Shown here in pieces: positions 29,723 to 38,506 of a stretch of 64,000 bases of DNA. The stretch is from NCBI GenBank assembly GCA_041738615.1, contig JBGSPL010000004.1, positions 1,203 to 65,202 on the forward strand. Reading direction: 5' to 3'. The position numbers and the translations under genes were made by a program. The notes under the pieces were generated by a model, which was not told the origin of the DNA, made no database searches, and saw only the letters and a list, made by a program, of their open reading frames with translations. This DNA is from Patescibacteria group bacterium. Lineage in GTDB: Bacteria > Patescibacteriota > CPR2 > UBA1875 > CAIMLA01. Each line of letters starts with the position of its first letter. Position 1 is the first letter of the stretch.

Positions 29723-29761
29723 GGCTCTGATGGAGAAGGACTCCATCGGAGCCCTTCTTCT
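29721..29761 (+). terminator. Hairpin/terminator after kinase copy 2
   Basis: AGGGCTCT-GATGGAG-AAGGA-CTCCATC-GGAGCCCT then TCTTCT. Confidence 0.7.
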
Positions 29762-29840
29762 AGTTAAACTGATGCAGAAAGGGCGGATTTACGCTATAAT
29801 ACCGTCCAGTGACTGCACAGTTGCAGAAATAAAGGATAAT

Positions 29841-31430
29841 ATGATCAGCGTAAAGAATCTGACCTACACGGTCAGTACTAGAAATATACTAGACGATATC
29901 ACTCTCACGATTGCCGATGGCGACAGGGTGGCTATTGTCGGTCCCAATGGTGCCGGCAAGAGCACCTTCCTCAAGGTAGTGCTGGGCAAGCTAGAGCCTA
30001 GTGAGGGCAAGATATTTGTCTCCGGAGGCACTGGAGAGGTGGGCTATATGCCGCAGCACCTTGCAGATCTCGGCGAACTGCCAGAGATTAGCGTACTTAA
30101 CTTTATGCTCTCTGGACGCAAGCTAGATACGCTGATGGTTACGATTGAAGCGAAGCTCGCAGAAATGAATCAGCCAGGACTCCCCGAGGACGAGTCAATG
30201 CGACTCGCACACGAATACTCTGAGGCCTTCGAGCAGTTTATGGCCGGTGGAGGTTATGATGCCGAGGGAGAGTTACTCGAAGTGCTCTTGGGTATGGGGC
30301 TCTCTGGGCTGGATCTCGATCAGGACATCAATACTCTCAGCGGGGGTCAGAAGACGAAGCTTGCCTTTGCTCGAGTCCTTTTTGCTCGTTCGCGGGTGAT
30401 GATACTCGACGAGCCGACTAACCACCTCGACGAGAAGACTATCGATTTCGTTGTCGATTACCTACTGAATTTCGACGGAACGCTCATCATGGTCTCACAT
30501 GTCCCAAGCATTCTTGATCAGTTGGTAACGAAGATTATCTCTCTTGACGGTCGGGGAGGCGCGGTGATCTACAGAGGGAACTTCACCGAATTTCAAAAGA
30601 AAAAGAGCCAGCGTGATACTGATATGGCCAAGCTGCGTCATGAGCAGGAGAAAGAAGAAGAGAAACTGATCGCATTTATCGATCGTTGGCGGAGTCAAAA
30701 GCCCAAGCAGGTCCATGACAGGGAGCGTAAGCTCGAGAAGCTACGCAGTGATATGGTGGACGCCCCAATCGTTCAAGCTCAGATATCGGTGAAGTTTCCT
30801 ATTACGGTCGAGCCAGTACAGAAGGTTCTTACGGCTCGTGGTATCGCGAAGTCATACGGCAATAAGCGTGTTCTTCATGATGTGGTTCTGGATTTTCAGC
30901 GAGGGGAACGCGTGGCTATCATGGGACCGAATGGTGCTGGCAAAAGTACACTTATGAAAATAATCGCTGGGCGGCTCCCGCAAGACGAAGGAACAGTAGA
31001 TTTCGGTGATCGAGTAGATCTGGGGTATTACGCACAAGAGCACGAATCATTGACCCTTACGAGTACCGTTCTGGATGAAATGCTCGGCGTGCCGCAGATG
31101 ACTCAGGCCCGAGGACGTTCTATCTTGGCGCATTTTCTTTTCCAGGGCGACAGGGTTGCTACCAAAGTCGGGTCCCTTAGTCTCGGCGAACGCAGTAGGC
31201 TGGCTATGGCCAAGCTCGTTGCCTCCGGGCACAACTTGTTGTTGCTCGACGAGCCGACAAACCACTTAGATGTCTTCGCGCGAGATCAAGTAAAGACGGC
31301 CCTCGCAAATTATGAGGGAACTGTGCTTATTATCTCTCATGACCGCGATTTTGTAGAAGGAATAGGGGTAGATAAGATTCTATTACTCCCAGAGAACAAA
31401 TTTGGTTTTGTCGGTCAGGTAGGCGAGTAG
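29841..31430 (+). CDS. ABC-F family ATPase (start likely 29841)
   Basis: Two ABC domains (GPNGAGKST twice, LSGGQ / LSLGE, LDEPTNHLD twice), charged linker, no TM. Confidence 0.92.
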   Translation: MISVKNLTYTVSTRNILDDITLTIADGDRVAIVGPNGAGKSTFLKVVLGKLEPSEGKIFVSGGTGEVGYMPQHLADLGELPEISVLNFMLSGRKLDTLMVTIEAKLAEMNQPGLPEDESMRLAHEYSEAFEQFMAGGGYDAEGELLEVLLGMGLSGLDLDQDINTLSGGQKTKLAFARVLFARSRVMILDEPTNHLDEKTIDFVVDYLLNFDGTLIMVSHVPSILDQLVTKIISLDGRGGAVIYRGNFTEFQKKKSQRDTDMAKLRHEQEKEEEKLIAFIDRWRSQKPKQVHDRERKLEKLRSDMVDAPIVQAQISVKFPITVEPVQKVLTARGIAKSYGNKRVLHDVVLDFQRGERVAIMGPNGAGKSTLMKIIAGRLPQDEGTVDFGDRVDLGYYAQEHESLTLTSTVLDEMLGVPQMTQARGRSILAHFLFQGDRVATKVGSLSLGERSRLAMAKLVASGHNLLLLDEPTNHLDVFARDQVKTALANYEGTVLIISHDRDFVEGIGVDKILLLPENKFGFVGQVGE

Positions 31431-31434
31431 CCGG

Positions 31435-32193
31435 CTATTGTTTATTGCCTGCTAGTAATCTTGTGACCATGAGTAATAGAATGAGTACTCCACCCTCGAA
31501 TAGCATAAGTAGCGTAATTCCCTGAAAAATGGGGGCGAAAATGTCGATAAAGAACTGTAAACTATTGCCGATTCCTTTCCAGATGAAAGAATCATTTGTG
31601 TAGTAGAAGATTCCACCGACAAGGACGCCCAGAAATACAAGAAGCGGCATAGAGCTGAGGTCTGCCTCTGAGGGATCACCCGCTAGGGCACAGGATACAG
31701 CTATGTAGTAAAATAGGTAATTTTGCCAGTGAGTAGGGTTCAAGAGAATCCACTCCAAGCTTTGTAGAAAGGTTTCTGGAGTCAGTTGTGTCAGGATGGT
31801 GACATTGGGGAGCGCCCACACATAAGCAAGATATGTAGCCAGCCCGCAGCCCAGAATTGGAGCGATACCGATAATCATTGTTCGTATCGGCCCTACCTTT
31901 CTGTGTTCTACATATCCGAGTCGATAGCCGCCACCCTCAACTTTCTTCGGCGAGAAAAGAGATAACTTAGAGATCGGCACCCAAAGCAAGAGGCAGAACA
32001 GGGCGTGACTGAGCTCATGGATTACGGTTCCGATAAAGAATAGATAGTGTACGACTATCGACGAGCGAAACCAACGGCTGCTTATCCGTGAGAGGTTATC
32101 ACCGATTAGTTTGTAGAAGAAGTTGAGAATAACTAGCAAGGAGATAAAGGCTAGAAACCACATGGTACAATCGGGTAGAGTGATCGGCATCAT
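31435..32193 (-). CDS. Membrane zinc metalloprotease (M50-like)
   Basis: IHELSH in hydrophobic context, GYVEH, IAP, PSEAD. Confidence 0.7.
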   Translation of the reverse strand: MMPITLPDCTMWFLAFISLLVILNFFYKLIGDNLSRISSRWFRSSIVVHYLFFIGTVIHELSHALFCLLLWVPISKLSLFSPKKVEGGGYRLGYVEHRKVGPIRTMIIGIAPILGCGLATYLAYVWALPNVTILTQLTPETFLQSLEWILLNPTHWQNYLFYYIAVSCALAGDPSEADLSSMPLLVFLGVLVGGIFYYTNDSFIWKGIGNSLQFFIDIFAPIFQGITLLMLFEGGVLILLLMVTRLLAGNKQ

Positions 32194-32549
32194 TAGCGAC
32201 CTTGCTCACGAGAATGGACTCGATTTTCGATAATTGTTTTTAGTAGGGGTTTTGTTAGTGGCTTATCTGGAGTGAAGTGAATGGTGGTTCCGGAAATTAT
32301 AAAATTTGCGAGTTCAGGTATTTCTGTCGCAATATTTTTGTCCTGTGAGACCAGGCTATAGTGGTTCTTGAAAGCGGCTATTGAAAACAACGCCTTGCCT
32401 TTGTATTTGTAGACTGGGATATTGTAGGCAAAAACTTCTTCTCCTTGGGGGAAGAGTGTGTGTACCCATTCTCGAATCTCAGTCAAAATTGGTCGGAATG
32501 TATCTGGAATTTCTTGGAAGTATTTATCAACTTCTTTATCTATATTCAT
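32193..32549 (-). CDS. DUF1801/YdhG-like protein
   Basis: VDKYF...EIREWV...YNIPVY...AAFKNH...GTTIHF. Confidence 0.7.
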   Translation of the reverse strand: MNIDKEVDKYFQEIPDTFRPILTEIREWVHTLFPQGEEVFAYNIPVYKYKGKALFSIAAFKNHYSLVSQDKNIATEIPELANFIISGTTIHFTPDKPLTKPLLKTIIENRVHSREQGR

Positions 32550-32639
32550 ATTTATAGTTTAACACAAGAAGCCGCCGCTCCTGTCCTCTGGGGGTAAACA
32601 CAGAGGGTGTACCCGCTAAGTATCAAATGCTATTATTTA

Positions 32640-33668
32640 TTATAGATATAGGTGGACGCTTTCTTTTTTGGTCTGAGCTAAATTACCATCTAGGACGACC
32701 TCGGTCATTTGTAGGTGGTTGCTCTTAGCAATTTTGTGACTATCAGCTGTGTCTGGTATCAACTCACCCAAAGCCTCTAGATGCAACTTATTTATGACAC
32801 CAAGTCTAGAATGCCTCGTTTTGTCGTCGGCACTGATTAGTATTACCTTTCCACCCAGATACTTATAGAGTCCTTTTCCGGGCGTTAGGCCGTAACCAAC
32901 CTCGACGAAGACGTTCGTGGTTCCCTTGGTCTTTGCAAGTTCTTCAGAGAGAAGCCTTAGCCACGGTTCGGCGATTACGTTAGTAATATCATTTGGTCTC
33001 TCGACTGCCATTTTGGTTAGATCTTGGTCCTTAAAGTGGGTTTTCAGCAGTTGTTTTAGCTCGCGGGATAGAGTGTCAGTTTCAATCCAAGAGTTTTTGG
33101 GGTCTTTATTGCAAAGTTCTCTTAGAAATGTAGATTTACCACTGCCGGGCTTACCCACAACAAGGAATAGATTGTTGATATCTAGAATCTTCTCGAGCAG
33201 CGCCGTCACGACCATTGGGCTTGCCATTTGCGAGAGGGCGATGAGGTCAAGCTTCTCAGCGGCTGCGCGAGTCCTGCTGGCGGAAATGGTTTCCATACCT
33301 TCGTTGGCTAGTAAGTACTGATAGTCTCGGATTCGGTAGTCGGCATAGTTTTGTTCCATTACAGCTTTTTCGTGCTTAAAATCGGCCTCGGAGCGCATAC
33401 CACGAACCATTATTAGCTCTTCGCCTTTGATTCCACCGGCGCTAAACTCGTCAAAAGTGAGAACTCGAACATCTTTTGGAAGGTCGTAACTCAACCAGAG
33501 TTTTTTGCATTCCTCCGGGGTAAATAAGTAGTCTTTACTGCCATCGCGGGAGCAGATGATGGTTGTAGAGCCGAGGATTTTACATGCTCGTTTTACGATC
33601 TCCAAATGCCCATATGTCGGCGGGCAAAAGGAACCCGGAAAAACTGCTTTAGGTTTAGCATTAACCAT
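32640..33668 (-). CDS. Phosphopantetheine adenylyltransferase-like domain fused to a P-loop (CoaE-like) kinase
   Basis: VFPGSFCPPTYGH, VRGMRSEADF.HE, ISASR; second domain VVGKPGSGKST. Confidence 0.7.
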   Translation of the reverse strand: MVNAKPKAVFPGSFCPPTYGHLEIVKRACKILGSTTIICSRDGSKDYLFTPEECKKLWLSYDLPKDVRVLTFDEFSAGGIKGEELIMVRGMRSEADFKHEKAVMEQNYADYRIRDYQYLLANEGMETISASRTRAAAEKLDLIALSQMASPMVVTALLEKILDINNLFLVVGKPGSGKSTFLRELCNKDPKNSWIETDTLSRELKQLLKTHFKDQDLTKMAVERPNDITNVIAEPWLRLLSEELAKTKGTTNVFVEVGYGLTPGKGLYKYLGGKVILISADDKTRHSRLGVINKLHLEALGELIPDTADSHKIAKSNHLQMTEVVLDGNLAQTKKESVHLYL

Positions 33669-34475
33669 TTATTTTGGTAACAGGGATTTCATCTGCTTTG
33701 CTATGAGGTTTGTCGCAAATACGGGGTTTAGGCGATAGAGGACGTTCATCATATTGGAGTCACGCCCGGTAAAGATTTGTAGTCGATTCTTTTCCATACC
33801 AGTAATAATAATTTTGGCTGCTTCACTCGCTGCAAGCACTGGAAAGTTTTGTGCCTTGTCATCAGCCCCAGCTGGTACTTTCATTCCAGAATTCTCGGCA
33901 ATATTTGTTGCTGTAGCTCCTGGAAAAACAACTGATACATTTATATTTGTATCCTTGAGTTCGGCATACAGGCGCTCAGTCATGAGCTTCACAGCTGCTT
34001 TGGAGGCGCCGTAGATAGCCTGTCCAGGAACAGGAAGAAAGCCACCCATGCTGGAAACGTTGACGATGTAAGCCTCAGGACGCTTTAGTAGCTCAGGCAG
34101 AAATGACTTGACCATAAAAAGTGTTCCGTAGAAATTTACATTCATTACGCGCTCAACAGCGTCGTATGTAAGGTCGTTGATGCGAACAAAAGGCTGGATA
34201 ATACCAGCAACGTTCATGATCCCGTCTACTGCGCCATGGGCGGCGATAACACTCTTTGGTAGAGCCTCTACAGTAGCTTTATCAGAGATGTTGGCAACGT
34301 GGGTTGATAAGTTGTTCGCTTTTTCGCCAACAGCTACCTTTAGCTCAGCAAGTGCCTGTTCGTGCATATCGACGGCGGCAATTTTTGCTCCCTTGACGAG
34401 TAATGCGAGTACGGTTTCTTTACCGATTCCGCTACCTGCACCAGTAACTACTATGACTTTGTTCTCTAATCTCAT
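33669..34475 (-). CDS. Short-chain dehydrogenase/reductase (start likely 34475)
   Basis: TGAGSGIG, NVAG, NVSS, YGASK. Confidence 0.92.
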   Translation of the reverse strand: MRLENKVIVVTGAGSGIGKETVLALLVKGAKIAAVDMHEQALAELKVAVGEKANNLSTHVANISDKATVEALPKSVIAAHGAVDGIMNVAGIIQPFVRINDLTYDAVERVMNVNFYGTLFMVKSFLPELLKRPEAYIVNVSSMGGFLPVPGQAIYGASKAAVKLMTERLYAELKDTNINVSVVFPGATATNIAENSGMKVPAGADDKAQNFPVLAASEAAKIIITGMEKNRLQIFTGRDSNMMNVLYRLNPVFATNLIAKQMKSLLPK

Positions 34476-34540
34476 AAATTCTCCTTTTCCTAATTTTAGC
34501 ACGAAGTATGTTGGTAAGTCAGGAAAAAGCCAAAGAGCAA

Positions 34541-35044
34541 TTACATTTTGCGGCTATCGTATGCCCAGTGGAGAATGGCCTGTCGTTGTCGTTTGCGACA
34601 CGAGAGTTCGCCGGGGTGACAATTCATCTGAAGTTGTGTGATGTGACGTTTCATAGCAAGCCAGCGTCGAATCTGTCGGTCGTCTTCTCCTGGGATTCTG
34701 CGGCCTAGATAATACCGACAGTACCATTGAAACCAGCCTCGTGGATCCTCGGGGAATATCCAACCCTTCGCGCGCCATACAGATAGTGGCTGACTTGCGT
34801 TTACGCCGAAGCAGTTGAGTTTTGGATCATGAAACTCATGGCGGAGTTTGGCTCCCGCAAACCAGTCAGCTGGGAACTCGTCCCGGCAGTCAGTCATGTA
34901 TTTACCACCGAAGACACCTAGACTTAACATATCTTTTGGACTTAGCTCTGGTTTAAATCTGGGATCAAAATTTCTGCCAACAGGCTCACTAAGAAAGTAT
35001 GAATAGTTCCTTTGCATTAGGTCATTTACGATTATCGGATTCAT
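34541..35044 (-). CDS. Conserved-looking hypothetical protein
   Basis: Motif-rich (LGVFGGKY, DPRGWFQWYCRYYLGRR, RQAILHWAYD); function not recognised. Confidence 0.6.
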   Translation of the reverse strand: MNPIIVNDLMQRNYSYFLSEPVGRNFDPRFKPELSPKDMLSLGVFGGKYMTDCRDEFPADWFAGAKLRHEFHDPKLNCFGVNASQPLSVWRAKGWIFPEDPRGWFQWYCRYYLGRRIPGEDDRQIRRWLAMKRHITQLQMNCHPGELSCRKRQRQAILHWAYDSRKM

Positions 35045-35047
35045 AGC

Positions 35048-35818
35048 TTACTTTTTGTTAGGCCAAGGAATAAGAACACTGGTTTTGTTTTTGTACGTAT
35101 TCCATAGTGGGCTATTCTCGAATAGTTTCTCTGTCATTGGTATACCTGAGACGAAAACGATCAGATAGGTAATTGTCAGCGGTGTTACGATAGCCCAGAT
35201 AGAGCCGGTATTTATGAGTACAAAGAAGAAGATACCCCACCACATGATGACTTCCCCAAAATAGTTTGGATGTCTCGAGTATTTCCAGAGACCTTTGTCC
35301 ATAATATGACCTTTGTTTTCTGGGTTTGCGACGAAATCTCTGAGCTGTCTGTCGGCAGTTACTTCAAATATGAATCCCGCCATCCAGATAGTCAGACCAA
35401 TGACTGAAAAAGAATTCCACCATGCACCGTCAGAGACTAGAACCATGGAGGCTACTCCCAGTAAATACATCAAGAGTCCTTGGAGCAAAAAGACTATTAC
35501 GTATGCCTGTAGTTTGGGATATTTTTTCCATCCGGCTTTCATTTTGACATATCTGGCGTCATCATCGACACTTTTTGCATGTCTTTTGTGCAAATGATCA
35601 AAGAGGCGATATCCCCAAACAAGGGTCAGTAAGAACAACAAAATAGAGTTCGTAGTGTAGTTCCTTGCCAACACCATTGCTACGAGGGCTATAAAGGGCT
35701 GCGCTAAACCCCAGGCCTCATCTGCGACGTCTAGTCGGCCTACTCTCTGCCCATATAGATACCAAAGGCTAGTATAGGCTAGGACTGCCGTCCCAATAAG
35801 TGCATAGTAGGAGAGCAT
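35048..35818 (-). CDS. DUF1295 / steroid 5-alpha-reductase-like membrane protein
   Basis: DARY, ADRQL, GLWKYSRHPNYFGE. Confidence 0.85.
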   Translation of the reverse strand: MLSYYALIGTAVLAYTSLWYLYGQRVGRLDVADEAWGLAQPFIALVAMVLARNYTTNSILLFLLTLVWGYRLFDHLHKRHAKSVDDDARYVKMKAGWKKYPKLQAYVIVFLLQGLLMYLLGVASMVLVSDGAWWNSFSVIGLTIWMAGFIFEVTADRQLRDFVANPENKGHIMDKGLWKYSRHPNYFGEVIMWWGIFFFVLINTGSIWAIVTPLTITYLIVFVSGIPMTEKLFENSPLWNTYKNKTSVLIPWPNKK

Positions 35819-35822
35819 GGTG

Positions 35823-36224
35823 CTATAGAATCTTTTTACCGATAAAGTACGAAGCTGTTGCAACAAGGCCAGTCAGTGTGGTGCCCCAGGCCATATCAAC
35901 CAAAGTAACGGATAGAGGCCAGGCCTTCATGACAGCATAGTTTGTCAGGTCATAGGTAGCATAACAGAAGAAACCAAAGAGGGCCCCGTAAAGCAGGGCT
36001 TGCGTCCATCCTTTGTCTAGGTTCGGCAGAACTGCGAATATCAGTATCCCTACTATATAGATGAGATAAAAGATGATCGCCGCCGCCCAGTTTGGCTGTG
36101 AACTAAGCCCTGGGATAGTCTTGAAGTAGAAGTCCTTTGCGATCACTCCGATCCAGAGCATATCTATCGCAAAGAATACTGGAACTGTGAACGTATATAG
36201 TAGTAATTCTTTCATGGTTGCCAC
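35823..36224 (-). CDS. DUF2177-like membrane protein
   Basis: IDMLW, YATYDLTNYA, DMAWG. Confidence 0.75.
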   Translation of the reverse strand: MATMKELLLYTFTVPVFFAIDMLWIGVIAKDFYFKTIPGLSSQPNWAAAIIFYLIYIVGILIFAVLPNLDKGWTQALLYGALFGFFCYATYDLTNYAVMKAWPLSVTLVDMAWGTTLTGLVATASYFIGKKIL

Positions 36225-36237
36225 CTTTCTTTAATAA

Positions 36238-36462
36238 TTATGATTTATTGATTAGTTGAAAAAGTCCGTCCGTTTTCTGTATCTGGTCCGGGTACTTCTC
36301 AGTAAGCTTCCAGACAGTTCCGTTGATAGTTTTGGGATGAAATGTCGGATTTGCGGTTTCAATCATTCTGTTTAGGTTAGACCAGCTTATTCCCTCTGGG
36401 TGTTGTTTCAGAAGTTCGAATATTTGTGCGGTTATCTGACCTGTGATCGTAGTCGGTTTCAT
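36238..36462 (-). CDS. Small hypothetical protein (possible winged helix)
   Basis: ELLKQHPEGISWSNL pattern; 74 aa. Confidence 0.5.
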   Translation of the reverse strand: MKPTTITGQITAQIFELLKQHPEGISWSNLNRMIETANPTFHPKTINGTVWKLTEKYPDQIQKTDGLFQLINKS

Positions 36463-36479
36463 GCGTATATTATACTCCA

Positions 36480-36519
36480 AACCAAAAAGAAACACCCGTG
36501 TGGGTGTTTCTTTTTGGTT
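36480..36519. terminator. Intrinsic terminator, 18-bp stem
   Basis: AACCAAAAAGAAACACCC-GTGT-GGGTGTTTCTTTTTGGTT. Confidence 0.85.
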
Positions 36520-36702
36520 CTAGAATACTTGAGCAAGTATCCAGGCGGCTATAGCGAGTGCTATAAAGAACAGACCTAGCCCTACTGGTGAGCCCCAGCT
36601 GAACCAGGAACCCCAGGCGCGCCAATGTTTCATCGAAGATTCATCGGCATCCTTCCAGGCCTTGTACTCCGCAAGCTGTTCTTCCAGAGGTTTTTTAGCC
36701 AT
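36520..36702 (-). CDS. Small membrane protein
   Basis: 60 aa, AAGGAG ribosome-binding site, C-terminal TM, followed by terminator. Confidence 0.6.
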   Translation of the reverse strand: MAKKPLEEQLAEYKAWKDADESSMKHWRAWGSWFSWGSPVGLGLFFIALAIAAWILAQVF

Positions 36703-36927
36703 AGTAGACTCCTTATTAAGTTAATAATGAGCCTCTATATATGTTTGCCAGTAGCAATTTGTTCTCGAGGCGAAGATTGCCGTAGGTCTGGTCTTAATAA
36801 CAAGGTAATTATAGCACAAAATTTCGCATAATAATGGCCTCAAGCTACGACCGCTCAAGCAAAGGTTTGCTTATGGGTATATAATATATATAGGTATAGA
36901 GAACTTAAGTTAAAGAAAGGAGACCCA

Positions 36928-37185
36928 ATGAGCCTTGAAGGCATATTTTTCATGTCTCTTAGTATGCAGGCAATCATCGTCTCGGTATTCTTTCTGATGT
37001 TGACGTATTTCTTAGTGAGATCAATGCGTGAGATACGGGCGATAAACAAGAAGGTCCTAGAAGCGGCCGAGGAAAGTGCAGAGCTCGCCGGTAAGGCAAA
37101 GGAGTTTATCGGCAAGATCGGCAAGTCAGTAGTCGACTATTTTGTCATTAAGTTACTAGATAGCGTGAAAAGAAAAAATAAATAA
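36928..37185 (+). CDS. Small membrane protein (YtxG/DUF948-like)
   Basis: TM + amphipathic coil, AAGGAG ribosome-binding site, upstream of YtxH-like gene. Confidence 0.55.
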   Translation: MSLEGIFFMSLSMQAIIVSVFFLMLTYFLVRSMREIRAINKKVLEAAEESAELAGKAKEFIGKIGKSVVDYFVIKLLDSVKRKNK

Positions 37186-37218
37186 ATAATGCCCGATTTT
37201 TCGGGGAAAGGAACTATC

Positions 37219-37569
37219 ATGGAAGCAAAAGATTTCGCCAAAGGCGCTATAGTAGGTGCTATTGCAGGGGTACTGGGGGGTGTGTTACTCGCACCAAAAT
37301 CAGGTGAGGAAACGAGAGATGACATCACTAGTAAGTTCAACGAAATTAAAGATATAGTGATTGAAAAAATGGAAGACGTTAGCGATTTTTCGAAGGACGT
37401 CTATGACCGAATCGTCGGTGAGACGCTAGCTAGCTTTGAAGCTGCAAAGAAGATCGCCCCCGAAGACGCCAAGAAGATTTCAGAAATCTTCGAAAAGAGT
37501 TTTGCAGATATAGAGAAGATTCTCGAGAAAGACGCAAAAAAGGTTGCGGAACCCCTGAAGAAAAAGTAG
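37219..37569 (+). CDS. YtxH-domain protein
   Basis: GAIVGAIAG...LLAPKSGEETR signature. Confidence 0.85.
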   Translation: MEAKDFAKGAIVGAIAGVLGGVLLAPKSGEETRDDITSKFNEIKDIVIEKMEDVSDFSKDVYDRIVGETLASFEAAKKIAPEDAKKISEIFEKSFADIEKILEKDAKKVAEPLKKK

Positions 37570-37596
37570 GTCAGTATATACGAGCTGCAAACAAAG

Positions 37597-37621
37597 AAAA
37601 GTGCCAGGAATGGCACTTTTT
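37597..37621. terminator. Bidirectional terminator
   Basis: AAAAGTGCCA-GGAA-TGGCACTTTTT. Confidence 0.75.
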
Positions 37622-37669
37622 GATTAGGGGCGTATATTAGAGCCTAGGATTAACTTTAGCGAAGTTACA

Positions 37670-37689
37670 TGTTCCATTTGGCGAAGCGG
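37670..37689 (+). repeat. Direct repeat copy 1
   Basis: TGTTCCATTTGGCGAAGCGG. Confidence 0.75.
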
Positions 37690-37706
37690 TATACGCCAAG
37701 GCTAAC

Positions 37707-38405
37707 TTAATTAGGCGAGGATAGAATATTTCTTACCGTAGCATGGCCGAGTACGTCCATGGTATCGAAAATTTCTACCTTATCACTCTTTGGTAATAGA
37801 AGCTGTAAGTCTGTGCAGGCAAGAGCCACGCCATCTACGCCTTTATTTACTAGGTCATCGACCACGGTGAGCACGAGTTCCCGATCACTGTTTAGATGCT
37901 GACCCTCAACTAGTCGCAGAATGATCTTGTCCATCTTGGCCTTTTGCAGGTCGTCTGGAGTAACGAAGCTAATGTTACTTTCAGCCAGCTTGTCCTCGTA
38001 GATGTGGTTAGCAATGGTAGCGGAGGTCGATATCAGTCCGACATTGACCATGTTGTTTTCTTTTAGGTAGCTGATAGTTTCCTCAATGATACTTAGCACA
38101 GGAATCTTTACCGCCGCGCGAATCTCGGAGATAAAGACATGTAGGGAATTACAGGGCATCACTATGAAGTCGACACCGCTCTTCTCAAGTCTCTGCGCTT
38201 CTGCTATCAGAAAAGGGATATACCTTTCCTTACCCGTATTGGACTCTATCAGGTCGCGCTCTATCTCAAAAGGCAGCGGTATACTTGCTATCACTACAGA
38301 AGGTCGCTGAATCTTATTCTGTTTCTGGCACTCGAAGATAACTCTCAGGTAAAACTCTGAGGTTGTCTCCGGGCCGACTCCACCAATAATTCCGACTGAT
38401 TTCAT
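37707..38405 (-). CDS. Aspartate/glutamate racemase family protein (start likely 38405)
   Basis: GIIGGVGP, MPCNSLH and LACTDL catalytic Cys pair. Confidence 0.9.
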   Translation of the reverse strand: MKSVGIIGGVGPETTSEFYLRVIFECQKQNKIQRPSVVIASIPLPFEIERDLIESNTGKERYIPFLIAEAQRLEKSGVDFIVMPCNSLHVFISEIRAAVKIPVLSIIEETISYLKENNMVNVGLISTSATIANHIYEDKLAESNISFVTPDDLQKAKMDKIILRLVEGQHLNSDRELVLTVVDDLVNKGVDGVALACTDLQLLLPKSDKVEIFDTMDVLGHATVRNILSSPN

Positions 38406-38473
38406 AATGTTAGTATAACAAAACAGCGTCATTTCTGACACTGTTTCCTATCGGAACTCTTTTAGTTCCATAT

Positions 38474-38493
38474 TGTTCTATTTGGCGAAGCGG
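38474..38493 (+). repeat. Direct repeat copy 2
   Basis: TGTTCTATTTGGCGAAGCGG (19/20 identical to copy 1). Confidence 0.75.
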
Positions 38494-38506
38494 GAATCGC
38501 TTGAAA

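Noticed and set aside
29706-29840. N-terminal extension of the ABC-F ORF (similarly 21094-21183 of glmM and 23451-23543 of the oxidoreductase)
   Set aside because: These overlap upstream genes or terminators; family homology begins at the downstream ATG
36821-36848. ATTTCGCATAA resembling a XerC arm of dif
   Set aside because: No XerD-like arm at 6-bp spacing on either side
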